Below, one piece after another: positions 38,641 through 52,066 of a stretch of 64,000 nucleotides of DNA; within the stretch, counting starts at the first letter, position 1; each line of letters begins with the position of its first letter. Both the position numbers and the translations under genes were made by a program. The stretch covers positions 85,004,001 to 85,068,000 of the forward strand of contig NC_087436.1 in assembly GCF_036321535.1 (NCBI RefSeq). Reading direction: 5' to 3'. The notes beneath the pieces are model-generated. The model did not search any database. It was not told the origin of the DNA and saw only the letters and a program-made list of their open reading frames with translations. This DNA is from Camelus dromedarius. Taxonomy: Eukaryota.

Positions 38641-39253
38641 AAAGAAATGTGCAGCTATCACAACAGTACAATTTTCCATTATCCCCAAAAGGTCTGTTTT
38701 GTCCATTTGCAGTTAATCGCCACTCCTACACCCAGTCCCAAGCAACCACTAATCTTTCTAGCACTATAGATTTGCTTTCTCTGGGCATTCCATGTAAATG
38801 GCTTCCTACAGTAGTTGATCTTTTGCTTCTAGCTTATTGGATTTAGCATGATATGTCTGAGATTCATCTCTGTTGCAACATATATCAGTAGTTCATTCCC
38901 TTTTATGGCCAGTAATTTCCCATTGTATGTTTATCTGTTTACAGATGACGGACATTTGGATTGTTTCCACTTTGGAGCTATTGTGAATAATGCTGCTTTG
39001 CACATTCATGTACAAGTTTTTGTGTAGACATAGAAGTAATTCACTCTTGAGAGTAATGTTAATAAGGCTTATTTAGTAATTATGTCTCCTTATTCTAAGT
39101 CAAATGCTGAAATACCTAGTGGAAATAAGAGGGTAGAAAAAACAGTGAAAACAGTGAAGATGAGAAATATCATCCAAAATTGAATTGTATATAAATATGT
39201 AATTTTAGAAGAAATACTGTAAAATTAACATGTGAGTAAAACTTTATTTTTAG

Positions 39254-39312
39254 GTGCTCCAATATTACCTCAAGGATTACAGCCTGAACAAGAACTACGA
39301 TTGTGGAATGAG
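39254..39312 (+). CDS. NMU: NMU coding exon 2 ((G)APILPQGLQPEQELRLWNE)
   Basis: tttttag acceptor and GAG|gtaaag donor; 59 nt, phase 1 to 0; matches the NMU propeptide. Confidence 0.97.
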
Positions 39313-39469
39313 GTAAAGAATTATTCTTACACAAATTAGTGTAAACTTTATCTTTGAAATTATCATGGTAAAATGAAATGATATAATTTAGCTTTGGGAC
39401 AACTTTGATTTTACTAAATTCTGATATCATAATATTCATAATTATTTTTAAGGAAAGATAAAAAGGAAA

Positions 39470-42170
39470 CAAAAATGTAGTAAATGGTAAAGTTAGATGG
39501 AAGAAATAAATCCTAATAATAGGGTAATTACAATAAATGTGAACGTGCTAAAATACACTACTTAAAAGATAGATTCCCAGACTGAATTCTTTAAAAAGAT
39601 CCAGCAATATAGTCTCTATAAGAGTCACACTTAAAACAGAAAACAAGAAAATGTAAGCATAAAAGAATGGAACATGATGTACCAAGCAAATATGATCTGC
39701 AAGAAAATTGGAGTAGCAGTCTTAATATCTGACAAAATGGAATTCAAATAAACAAACCACTGTATCAGGCAAAGTGGTGTCTTATATGATGATAAATTAC
39801 TACAGAGCAAAAAGATACAACCATCATTAATATATATTAACAAAACAACTTCAAAATTTATTTAACAATTGATAGAACTTCAAGGAAAAATAGATAAATG
39901 AATATTTATAGATGGAGATTTTAATATACCTCCCTCCAAACTGATAGTTAAAGCAAGTAACATGCAGGTAGATATCACAAAGACCTAACAATACAATTAA
40001 TAAATTTGAGCTATTAGAAATATTTTTTAAAACCTGCACTAAATAGTATGAATATTGATTCTGAGTATAATTGGAGCATTGAAAAAAATAGATCGTGACT
40101 TAGAAGACAAAGAAAGTTTTCATAAGTTAGAAAGAATCTATTTTATATGTTTTCCAATCATAATGTTTTTCTCCATAAAGCTATTGTATATTGTTGGTTA
40201 GGTTAATTCCTAAATTCTTACAGTTTTTGTTGCCATTGTGTAAGAATTTAGGAATTAACCTAACCAACAATATACAATAGCTTTATGGAGAAAAAAATTA
40301 AATTTTAATAAAGAAAATAGAAGATGATGTGATTATATGAAGAGACATTCTTTGCTCTTGCATGGAAAAGTTAATTTAATGTAATAAAAATACCGATTTT
40401 CCTCCAAATTAGTCAATTAAGTCCCATAAAAATCAATGCAATCCCAATCAGAATTCCAATCAATTTTAAAAAGAAACTTCATAAATTTAACCTAAAATTG
40501 ATATGAAAAAATAAAAGTGTACAAATAGCTAAGGAAATTTTAAATGTAAAGAGCTAAGAAAGGAAACTTGCCCTACCAGATATCAAGAGATACTGTAAAA
40601 CAGTAGTAATAAAAAAGTATGGTAGTGGCCATACAAGAACAGACAAATGAACCAATGGAACCAAGATGAGAGCTTGGAGAGTTAGGCAGACACTGGCAGT
40701 GCACTGTCATATCCTTTTGTCATGCTCTCCGTGGCACTCCAAACTCACTGTTTCTCTTTGCAACTGTGACTCTGCCTGCTTGGCCTGTGGTTGGGGTAAA
40801 CCAGAAGTGCCAGGGAGCAAATGCCCCCACCACTGAGAACAGCCTAACTTAGCTGCCTCCTGCCTCAGTTGGGATAACTCTGAGTTGTATTCTGCACTGA
40901 CTCCCAGTGTTCCCTGGACGGATTGATCTCAGTTACCACTGGTGGTAACCTGCTTGATAATGTACCCTTTATTGGATTCCTTGTCTTCCCTGCTTCACTT
41001 CTCCATTCTTCTACCAGTGTTTTTTGGGTCATCTTGGAAATAATCTACTCATATCCACATCCTTATCTCAAGGTCTGTTTCTGGGTTAAACCCACCTAAG
41101 ACAGAAATGCATGTACACATAAACTTAACTCACAATAGAAATAACACTAAAATTCAGAGGGAAAAGGACAGATTATTGGGCAAATGTAGGTTGAGAAGCT
41201 GGCTTACTATGTGGGGAAGAATAAACCTAACACCCCATACAAAAGTGGGCTCTAGGTGGATTAAAGATCTAAACATACAGGGTAAAAATATAGATTTAAT
41301 AGAAAATATCTTTTCTGTTAGAAAAATATTGTTGAGAGCTAGGAGCAGGGAAATAAAATAAAATTTTTTATAAATTATAAAAACAAAAACCTGATGAATT
41401 GAATTACAGTAAAAGTAAATATTTCTTTCAACAAAGGACTCCACTGAAAAAGGTAAGAGCCTTTGAAAAGATATTGACAATGTCTAAAACTGATAAGAGA
41501 TTAGTTTCTAGGATATCTAAGATATTCTATTAAACTGATTAGATAAAGACAGGAATCCAAAGTAAAAATATTCAAAGAATAGAACAGACAATTTATAAAA
41601 GAGGAAACCTAAAAGGCCAGCAAGTATCTAAAGAGACACTCAAATTCTTTGGTAACAATGAAATGAAAATTAAGACAACAACAAAGTGTCATTTTCTACC
41701 TGTTGGACTGGTAAAAAATTGAAATCTAGATAATGGCAAATGTTAGCAAGGATGTGGGGTGTATGAATCCTCATCATTGCTGATGAGAGAGTCAACTGGT
41801 GAAGCCATCTGGAATGCCACCCAGATACCCCTATGGTCTAGCACTCCCTCTGCTGGGAACATAGCACAAATGTATTCACCTACAAATCCATATGTGGAGG
41901 ACAGATACAAGGAGGTAATGGAAAGAATTGGAGGGAACCTGGCTGCCTATCACTGGGAAATGGGTAGGCAACATGTGGTGGGTACATATTATAAAGTACT
42001 CCATGGCAGTTAGGGGCAACATACTAGATGTGTCCAGAAGCATGGATAGATCTCAAAGTATAGTGTTAAGTTGAAAAAAGTAAGAAAAATACCATCCATG
42101 CACACAGCACAGATTTTACAAGAACATAAATGGAGGATACACATCAAATACATTAGAAGAGTTGCCTATG
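39470..42170 (+). mobile_element. Ancient fragmented LINE-1 (L1M) in NMU intron 2
   Basis: Degenerate ORF2 motifs (endonuclease start, TCAATGCAATCCCAATCAGAAT, WIKDLN) through to the 3' UTR. Confidence 0.75.
40681..41103 (+). mobile_element. ERVL-class solo LTR (LTR16-like) nested in the old L1
   Basis: Ends CCTTATCTCAAGGTCTGTTTCTGGGTTAAACCCACCTAAGACA; L1 sequence resumes on both sides. Confidence 0.65.
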
Positions 42171-42504
42171 GGAGGATGGAATAGGAGCAGGAAATGAAAA
42201 TAGAAAAGAATGAGTAAATAAAACAAGTCCAATCATGAAAGCAAGCTCTGAACTGAGGACAATACCCTTTGTACCTAAGCCATCCCTAACAAGACCATAA
42301 GGGAAAAGATAAGATCCATGATAAGGGCCAAGTACTGAGTCTTTAATAGCATTGAAGTTCGTAAAGTCAATGTTAAGGGTCTCTGCCTTGGTATATCATA
42401 GTACATCCTAGAAATATATAAGCAGGACAAACAATAATTTAGAGAACAGATATTAATGTAGAATATAGAAATGTAATAGAATACAGAAACATTTTATTTT
42501 AGCT

Positions 42505-42784
42505 TGACATTAATTTTAATTATTAGGTTTAATAATTTCAATCTTATTAAAATTATTAAATTATTAATAATTATATTTATAAACAATTTATATTTATTAT
42601 TACAATATTTATAATAATAAATTATATTTATTATTTATATTTATAAATTATAGTTGTTATTTATATTTATGAATTATAAAATTATTTATAAATATAAATA
42701 ATTATTGAAATAATAAATTATTGATAACTGAGTGTATTTATTAAAATTATTAATTTTAATAATTTTAACATTAAAATAGATTTT
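42505..42784. repeat. Extremely AT-rich low-complexity tract
   Basis: Almost only A/T, built from TTATTA/AATAAT units. Confidence 0.9.
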
Positions 42785-45002
42785 AACATTTACTTTAGCT
42801 CTATTTCTTTGGAAAATCTTTGAAAAAACTTCTAGATGATAATTCTGGGGAAAGAAAACTCAAAGTTGTAAAAGCACTGGAAATTCTTTTCTAGAAAGAG
42901 ATATTAAAAGAAGTTAAGATGCTAAGAACATAGAGTTAAGCTTTCTGCTAGAGGTTTTAAAAATTATGAATGTATTCAAACACTAGAAATACATACTTTT
43001 CAATCCGTGTAGAGACCTAACCATTTTGAAATAGATTCATCAATGGACTGTACAGAGTTCTCAAAAGCAGTTAGCAGCACTTAAAGCCATTAGGGCCATA
43101 AGCTGAGTAAAAGGAACAAGGCCTCATCCAAAGGAAAAGTGGGTGAGTGGTGCTGCCGTGCCTTTTAAAGAAAGGAGAACAAAGGCCGAAAAGTTTTGCA
43201 GTTACCTCCTAATTTTTCTAATTGGTGTTTTTTTATTCTGATATTTTTATTCAAGCAATAGTGATGCACTGATTAGTGAGCCTAGAGGTTCAAGGGTTTG
43301 CTGTTTTTGGACACAACCACTTCACACAGATGGGCAGCCTGGGCTGGGGGTGGACAGCTCTCCCCTGGAGCATGTAATGTCTTACCTAAAACATCACAGA
43401 AATATCGGGAGGGAGCACTCCCTCCGACCTACTAAAGCAAACTAAACTGCATTTGGCAGTGATATATTAAGCACTGGTCACAATACAAAGCTTAGAAGTG
43501 GGGGGACTATGAGGGAGAACCCTTTTTTTTTCAGTAGGTGAAAGACTAAATTCCTGATGGTAACAATGAAAGTAGAAATGAGTGTAAAAATGTCATATTC
43601 TCAAACTTGTGAGGCAGTATATAGTCAAACAGATTCATTAATTTTTTTGTGTAACATAAAAGACTATGTAAAATTTTTTAATTAAAAAGTATTTCCTAGG
43701 GCTGTAGCTATTGGGGAGTTTCATTACCTGTTATGGTGCTTTTGACTTCCCCCTCTCAAATGACTTCTTTTTAAATTTTTTACCCCCCAAACTCAATGCA
43801 ACTTAATTAAAGAATATTTATTGAACACTTATTTGGGCAAGTTAGATAGCCCCCACCCTCAAGAAGTTCACCGCATGAGTGTGTGTGAGTGTGTGTGTGT
43901 GTCTGAATCCATGATTCTGGGTTTGTGTGGCATGGAAGAGGGAGCAGGAGGGTGGACACAAGGGACAAGCAGAATAAAACAATTCCCTAAATATCTGTGA
44001 TATATAGAGAAGAGGACAAGTTCTGTGAGTGTAAAAAGGAGACAAAAACTTATGCTCTTCTACTAAATTAGAGAATTATTTATTTTAGTTCATGTTCGAC
44101 CTGGAAACAGTAAGGAGCTTGAGAATTATGACTAAAGAGTACGATTATCCCCCTTCAGTTTGGTGTGAGAATGGAAATTAAATGAAACTGATCAACAAAG
44201 AATTGTGGAACTAGAAGGGGGCCCCTGAGATGTTATGCCATAAACAGGACTCAGCCTAAATCATCCCAGACAGATAAGACTCAGTACCATTTTAAAAGGC
44301 CACCAAAGAAATAAATACCATAAATAACTCCAGACATCCAGCTTAGTGCTTAATGTCTCAGCACAGTTTTTAATGATGAATATAAATCTCTCATACTACT
44401 GGCTTTCAAGTTTTCTTTTCAGGATAAAGGCTGATAACAGCTGGTTGCCAACTGTAATTCAATAAACCTTCATTGCAAAATAGAACTGTTTTCTAAAGCT
44501 GGCTCCTTGGTTGAGAACTGGAAGATGCCCCATGTTATGTAAGAGTTCTTATGGTGTGCTAGTTGTCATTTCCCATGTATGCTAGTATCATGTTAATTTC
44601 AATGGTGTGATTAAATCTCTGTGTTGTAAAGGACCACGATTGCAGGGTGCACCTTAATTTTGAGGCCATTCTTTGGTCACTACTCACATTTCTCAGGCTG
44701 AATTGTATTAGAAGCTTTTCCCTCTCAATGTTTGAAGCATCCTTATACTTGCTCTCTGATGATCCCTACTGACTACTAGTGGAGGCAGGTACCCCTGTGG
44801 CTGTGGGCAAATGTTGGGGAAATCCCAATTCTAGGACTTCCTTCAAAAGTTAAGACTCTTCTCTCCCAAATCCAGAGTCCTGAACTGTCGTGGAATTTCA
44901 GTTAATGTTACATATGTAACTTGACTTTGTAAGATCTGCTTTCCATTTTTTGCTGTCTTCTGCCTGTTTCCAAGATGTAACTGGCATTGTTGTTTTCTAC
45001 AG

Positions 45003-45050
45003 ATAGGTGATGCTTGTTCGTCTTTCCTGTCCATGGATTCTCAGCCTCAG
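45003..45050 (+). CDS. NMU: NMU coding exon 3 (IGDACSSFLSMDSQPQ)
   Basis: ttttctacag acceptor and CAG|gtaatt donor; 48 nt. Confidence 0.96.
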
Positions 45051-48000
45051 GTAATTCCAAATGGCAGTGTTCCGTAGTGACGTAAGCATTTCTGTAGTGC
45101 TGAAATACTATGTTTCTCCCTTTGGACCTGTCATTATTTTATAGGCCTATTAAAACATGTCAGCATGTTAGAAATTATTATATCATCTGCAGGTAATTAT
45201 CAGTGCTATGAGTTTCTGTTGTAAAGTGCTAGGCTTTTATCTTTAAGTAAAATAGGTTTGCAGGTAATATACACATATTTTGAAAATTTAAGTACTAATT
45301 CCAAAATCAAATTTTGTGTTAGATTAAAAATAATGTATCTTCTGCTGTATTTGGGGAGCTAATATCCTATCCCTCAATTGAGTTTGAAACCCATGGAGAG
45401 ATGAACTTACAGAGTTAGACTTATGGAGAGCAAAGTATTGTAACTAAAGTCAGTTGATGAGTGTGGCCTTAGATCTGATGCCAAGTGTGTTTGTTAATCT
45501 ACCCCTAAAATTAAACTGAGATTGGACAGTGACTCAAGCCTCCTGCCAGAATCAGGTTGTCTGCCACAGGGCAGAGACCAGGCAAGGACAACCGGCCAGA
45601 GAGCTGGCTCGCTAAGAGGACAGGGCCGAACAACAGAGCATGCCCTCCTTCCTCCTCCCAGGCATCTGTCAGGTAACTCACTCCTCTCCCCACAGGAAAG
45701 GGTGAAGAGAGGGTTGGGGAGGGAGGGATGCCTGTACATGGGAACACAGGGACTGGGAACTAAGTGTTCCCCTTACACCGTCTCTACTGGACGCAGCTGC
45801 TTCTGTCTGCAGTTCTCTCTCTGAGTGCAGATATAGCAGAGTTAGCCTTAAGTGTCTTCACTTTCTCAATCAGTATCACTAGCCTCCTGGACAGAGAAGA
45901 GGGCTCAGCAGAGGCTCCTGGCTCAGCCTCTTACAGCACAGTCAGCTGTGTGCCTGGGTGTAACCCCTACGTGGTCTGGCCAGGGTGCAGTGCCTGTGCT
46001 TTACGTAGTCCCTCCAGAAAGTCATCCTGGCCGGGGTGGAGAAGCAGCCTTGAACAGTGCTGTGTTTTTCCCTCCTCAACCAGTTCCTTAGCCTGCAGAG
46101 GATCACGTGCAGCAAGCTAGAGGCATTAGATGGAAAAGCATGACCAGGATCACAACAGATGACATTTAGGAATAATATTTCAAATTGCTTGAGGAGTGTC
46201 AATGGATCCATACCATGTGATGGATATTAATCAGCATACAAGCTTTTGCATGGTACTTAAAATTCTGGAATGCCTTTAGATAGAATCAGTTTTATGTCTG
46301 CAGTACTAAAAGGATGAATTTTAAAGCACTCATCTAAACACCATCACGATAAACTAAGGTTTTATTGGATTTGGAGGCTGTGCACCTTTTGAGGAGAACT
46401 TAGTAATTCACTCTGAAATTTTTTACATTAACTGATACATTTTAAAAAATCATTAATTTTCACATTAACTATTATTTTATTGTGTATGTGATTATCTGAA
46501 TAGTTCTTCAAAACACTTTTACCAAATAGAAAAGAAAGGATCTTTAAAAGGTCCACAGATAAAAAATAAAATATTAAAAATCTTACATGAGAAAAATCTT
46601 CAAAGAATAGTTGTAGCTCAGTAAATAATGGCTTCAAGTAAAGAGTTTCTGGGAACATGCAATTTGTTTTGAAATTTATTCTGTCAAACTTTAGTTTTGT
46701 TGGCAAGCCTCATCTAGCTTAGAGGCTGTTTTCTAAGGAGACATTCATGTATCTGAATGTATTCTTCAAAGAGACACATGACATTCAGTCAATATTTTCT
46801 TTTGATTGTTTTGTATGTTGCAACATTTCTAGATGGGCCATAAAAGGAAGTTTTGGGAATTTATTTCCAGATTTTTGTGGGGTAACCTGCGTACCCAACC
46901 CTGAAGGGAAAAAGAGAGAAAGGATGTATCAGTGTTCACACTCTACTTTTTTTTTCTCATCTAACTCCCAACTGTAGGCTTACAGTCAATACCAGTACAA
47001 CACAGGGATGCCTACAGGTCAGACAGCCCAGCCGTGTGTGGTAGTGGGCAAGTGACAGAACCTCACTCCTTTGTATATGAGAATAACAATTCCCATCCTG
47101 CATACCTGTATTTTCAAGACAAAATACGAATTATGTATAAGAAAGTGTTTTATAATTTATTGAAAGACTACATAAACTTGAAGAACCCCATTTAATGTTA
47201 TTATTAAATAGTCCAACAATTTGCGTGGCAGGCAAACAAATAGGTGAGAAAAAAGCAGGCCTCTGACGTGCCGGGAAGGATGCTCAGAGAAGCTGCTTCA
47301 TGCCTCCAACTATATCCATAAACTACAGCCAAACCTCTTAAACATGTGCTGTTGTTCAAAGGGTGAGGATATTGGTGGCCCTGAACAATCCTTTATGACA
47401 TGTCTTCTGGGTTAAGAGGAACTGCAGCTGTAAATCAAGCTTTACTGGTCAGGCATTTTTTTAATGCTGCTGTTGTTAACTAATTGCTCTGTAAGTGGCA
47501 CTGTGCTAAGAGCTTTACCTACATCTAATCCTTTCAAGAATTCTGCATTGATGTTGTCATCCCCAATTTATGGCTGAAGAAACTGAAGGTTGGAGAGGTT
47601 AGTTAACCAGCCCAAGGAAGGTAACACAGCTGATCAAGAGTAGACATGGAATTTGTACTGCTTTAGAGTTGCAGGCTGCTCAACTCCCTAGATACCATCC
47701 ATGTCTCCCCCTCAGCCCCTCCCCCATACTGTTTCAGCTCCTCATTGCTTCCCATATGCATTTGCTAAATAATCAATTGTTTACGGTGCCAGTGTGCTGA
47801 ATTCTGTGCAAAGCAGGTCTCGCCCCTGCTTGTCCATTTGTGCTTCTCCTCACCACACCCAGTTGGCTCCTAACCATGGGAGCCCTGCCCTGCTTCTGTG
47901 CTTGGATGCTTTGAAAAACCTGATCCTGTGGTGTACAGTCAGCAGCCTGGAAGGGTGGGAACTTAGATTAGGCGCACTGTGCACAGCTTCTTCCCCTCCA

Positions 48001-48268
48001 GACTCCCATTGTTAGCAAGCAATTGCAGGATTTTCAAATTAGCCAATAAGAGTAACATTTGGTGAGGCTCACAGCCTTGGCATGTAGATTCAGACTTTGC
48101 TACAAGCTGGGAAGAGTAATCCCTCTTTTGAGGTTTCCCTAGTTACTCTCAGTCATAGAGTTTCATAGAATTTTAGGAAATACTAAGAATGTTGTAACTG
48201 GACCCACAGTGAAAGCCTTTTTTTAAAGTGCTCATTTAGTTATTTTTTAAATTTTTACTCTTTTTTTT

Positions 48269-48389
48269 GAGGAGGGGGATAATTAGATTTTATTTTTTCA
48301 ATTTTATTTTAATAGAGGTACTGGGGATTGATTCCAAGACTTCGTGCATGCTAAACACGCACTCTACCACTGAGCTATACCCATCCCCC
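48269..48389 (-). mobile_element. tRNA-derived SINE (vic-1-like) in NMU intron 3
   Basis: CTCTACCACTGAGCTATACCC / GGGGATTGA motifs; flanking CAGTG(A/G)AAGCC direct repeats at 48207 and 48417. Confidence 0.8.
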
Positions 48390-48786
48390 AGCGCCTCCCT
48401 GATCCCCCTCCCTGCCCAGTGGAAGCCGTAATCAGTGCATATATACAATACATAACTTTTTTTTCCTTTTGCAGTTAATTAGGTAGAATTATTACACTTT
48501 GACTGTATATATACATTATATTGCATGTAAATACATGTATTCGATATACTGCACATTTTACAATACATAACTTTTTTTTTTCCTGATTGGAAAGAAGGTT
48601 TTACTTTTAGGAGCCAAGTTTTTATTGTGAGGGAAATCAAGGGATTCCAACAGTTTCAATAGGCCACAAGGATTCTATTTTGGGTGGTTGGAATATCCTT
48701 GGGATCCTAACATTTCATGATTATATCTTCCATGCAAATGTTGTTAAAGCAGAAGCATTGCCTATTTACCTTCTAATTTCCATTAG

Positions 48787-48846
48787 GCATCCAATGCATT
48801 GGAGGAGCTCTGCTTCACAATTATGCGGATTCTACCAAAGCCCCAG
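48787..48846 (+). CDS. NMU: NMU coding exon 4 (ASNALEELCFTIMRILPKPQ)
   Basis: tttccattag acceptor and CAG|gtaagg donor; 60 nt. Confidence 0.96.
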
Positions 48847-50243
48847 GTAAGGTTCAAAGAGTGTTTAATTGTAGGCAAAAAAAAAATTGTTCAGTGATAT
48901 CTTGGAATGCCTCCTGGAAGAAAATATTTAGAAAAGCATGCCAAGAGGAGCTAGAAGAGCATAAACTGATTTTGGATAAGAAACAAATACTTCATTTTCT
49001 CTGACGCCTGAGAATTTAGAATCATATTAGTGGAGTTTGCAATCATCTAATTGGAAAATCACATGTTGCCCTGAAATATAAGATGTGTTCTAGTTCTGAT
49101 GAGGGAAATTTGGGGTCATTTTGGCTCTTTTTCTTTCCCTGATTCATACTACAGCTGGAGCACAGACACATTTTTTCTAAGCTGGGAGGTTGGGACAATG
49201 TACTTTGTCAGAGAGGACATTGAGAATGCAAAAAAAGCAGACAATATCATCAATGTCAGGAAAATTATATTTTTCCTGTGATGTCTTGGTTTTTTATTAA
49301 AATTATTATTTGATTCTTCTGGAAGAACTTTTTGTCTTGAAGTGAGGCTATGGTATGGGAACTTGAAAAATGGCATAATGTACCTCAGTTTATATTCTGT
49401 ATCTTGTAGGTGAACTTGTTTTAAAACTCCCTTATTAAAGATAAGAACCGCAGGTTTAGAAGTATATTTTTAATTAGCAATGTAATCTATGATCACTGGT
49501 ACATTCTGACTTCCATACTTTCATGTACAGTAATTCTAAGAAAACAGAATATTTTGAAAGCATGTTTTCTGAAACAAAATGTGTTTACAACTGTATTTTT
49601 TTCTGATGTTTTAAATGGTGACACTTCCCAAAACACTTGATTGACTTTTTTCCTAATTAAGATAAAACAAATGACAATGGTGTTTATCCATGAGTTTCAT
49701 TTTATATTAAAAGCAAACGAGAACAAAAAAGAACAACAAAGAAATGAATGATATGTCTCATTCTTTAAGTCAGATTTTTGGAGGGAGAGAGGAATGTAGA
49801 AAAGTTTGTTAAAGAAAGCAAAAACAACCCATAATCTTATTATTTAGTGATACAACTACAAATATTTTGATATAATTCCTTCTAGTCTTTTTTCTCTGAA
49901 TATTCTATCATGCGATTATATTAGAATTTCCCATTCTACCACTACTGAACATTTAGGCTGTTTCCAATTTTTTTACTCTTATGAATAATGCTGTAGTAAA
50001 GATCTTCATTCATACTTTTATTTATAAACAGTTTTTAATTAATTGCCCATTTATTTTTAGAGCAATATATGCTTAACCAATTTCAGTCCTATATTTTATA
50101 CATTACATATGTGTCACATGTTTTAGAAATTATATAATAAATCTTATAATTTTATACTATATATTTATAATATATATACACAATATCTCTTTAAGATTTT
50201 ATAATATAATATAATGATATTTATATATCTCCATTTTTAACAG

Positions 50244-50273
50244 GAAACAGATGAAAAAGATAATACCAAAAGG
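50244..50273 (+). CDS. NMU: NMU coding exon 5 (ETDEKDNTKR, ends in a KR convertase site)
   Basis: tttttaacag acceptor and AGG|gtaaag donor; 30 nt. Confidence 0.96.
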
Positions 50274-50366
50274 GTAAAGTGACTTTCATAAATATATACA
50301 TTAAAAAATAATAAAGGAAACCACTAATCATCTATAGTAAAGCTCACTACTTTTTTTTTTTAACAG

Positions 50367-50417
50367 TTCTTATTTCATTATTCAAAGACACGAAAATTGG
50401 GCAATTCAAATGTTGTG
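50367..50417 (+). CDS. NMU: NMU coding exon 6 ([17 protein letters not shown]; N-terminus of NURP)
   Basis: Poly-T taacag acceptor and GTG|gtaagt donor; 51 nt; FLFHYSK motif typical of NMU/NMS precursors; preceded by a 93-nt intron. Confidence 0.97.
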
Positions 50418-51991
50418 GTAAGTTGTAAAATTACTTCTTATCAGTAACCACTAGTTTTTTTTTTAAATCCTGTTTTTGTACTTTCTCTCTTAAAGGTAGA
50501 TCAAAATTCATGTTTTTTCTTAAAAAGTGGATGGATGAACAAATGGAATGCAATATGTATTATACATTTACTTTATATCTCAATAACTACAAATACATTA
50601 AATTCATTTATTCATTCAACAATTTTTTACCGAGTTTCTACTGTGTGCCAAGCACAATTCTAAGTGCTAGAAATACAGTAGTAAACGTCATGGAACTTAC
50701 ATTTTAGAGGCAAAAAAGCAGATGATTAAGTAAGACAAATGTTTTGGATAGTGATTAGTGCAAGGGAAAAATATTTATCCAAAGTCATTATAAGAATTAT
50801 TTTAAAAGATGATTGTCAAAAATGTAAGTAAATATAACAAGAAGTATCCACTTGTATTCCTAGGAGCTCCTTCTTTGTAACTAGGCATTTAATTTGAGAA
50901 TTTATTCTCTAAAATTAGCCAGATAGCAATAACCTGAATTCAATTCACTTCTAAATTGTGTGGTTTTAGTGGTAGTTTTTCTTTTTATATTCATGGATTT
51001 AAAAAATACTTACCAACCTACTTTGCTGTTTCAACCTAGAATACTTAATAATTATTTGATTATAATATTCCTTCTAAACTTGTGACTCACTGCCATGGAC
51101 CAATTTATAGCATGAGGAATGTAGTTATTTTAAATGTGTGTTTCCCTGTGGGAAAGTAACTGTAACTTGAAACTCAGCTTTAAATGTTTGTCCCATTGAA
51201 TATTCTTACATGTGAGGAGTTGCAAGTTAGGTTATGCTGACTTTAAACCAAATACAAGTTGAATTGATTAACAAAGAACCATTATATGGAGCTTACAGTA
51301 ATCCACTTGATGAATGAACTTAATATTTGTGAGTAGGTTCAGTTCAAGCCTTGCCTTTAAAATGAAACTGTATCAGGTAGACACATGTCTCAAATGTGCT
51401 TTTGTTTTCTTCTGCTTGGCATCTATACTTCTTGAGAAAATGTATCTTAGTCACATTTTTCACTATCGATGACGCATTGTCATTTTTTGTGTTCCCTGTT
51501 GTCTTGTTCCATATGTTCAGTTTTAAATGAAACATATATTTTATAAGGGGATTACTGGATGTGTGTACAGTGTAATTTTCCAGATAAACATGTTAATGAT
51601 GGAAAACTGATTCTCCCAGAGTTGGTTTCATCTGTCCCAAGTCATTTTGAGTAAATCTGGAAGCGGACAGACTGCTTCATCCTCTCAAAGATGCAGGCGG
51701 GGTTTTCCTTGTTGGCAGCTGATGATGGAGCTCAGGCCCTCAGGAAAGAGCTTTGTCAACAGAATGACCAAGATCCCAGCACAGAACTGCCGACTTTTAT
51801 TCCATCTCTTGGCTTATTCACCACAGCTGATTGAAATGCTCGCAAAGGACTCTTAGGTCACATCTTTCTTGTTGTTTGTTGTCTGGAGCAAGGATAGTGG
51901 GTAAAAACAAAAACAAACAAGTAGGAAGCCGTCTTTTTGCCCAATGCTGAGAAGCCTTTGTGCTCATCATGTGTGTGTTCGTGTCTCTCAG

Positions 51992-52066
51992 TCATCTGTC
52001 CTGCATCCGCTGCTGCAGCTCGTTCCTCAACTGCATGAGAGAAGAATGAAGAGATTCAAAGTGGAC
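51992..52066 (+). CDS. NMU: NMU coding exon 7 ([25 protein letters not shown])
   Basis: gtctctcag acceptor and GAC|gtatgt donor; 75 nt; KR site precedes mature NMU-25. Confidence 0.97.

Noticed and set aside
43405..43427. GGAGGGAG/CTCCCTCC hairpin
   Set aside because: Short stem expected by chance; no other support for a structured RNA
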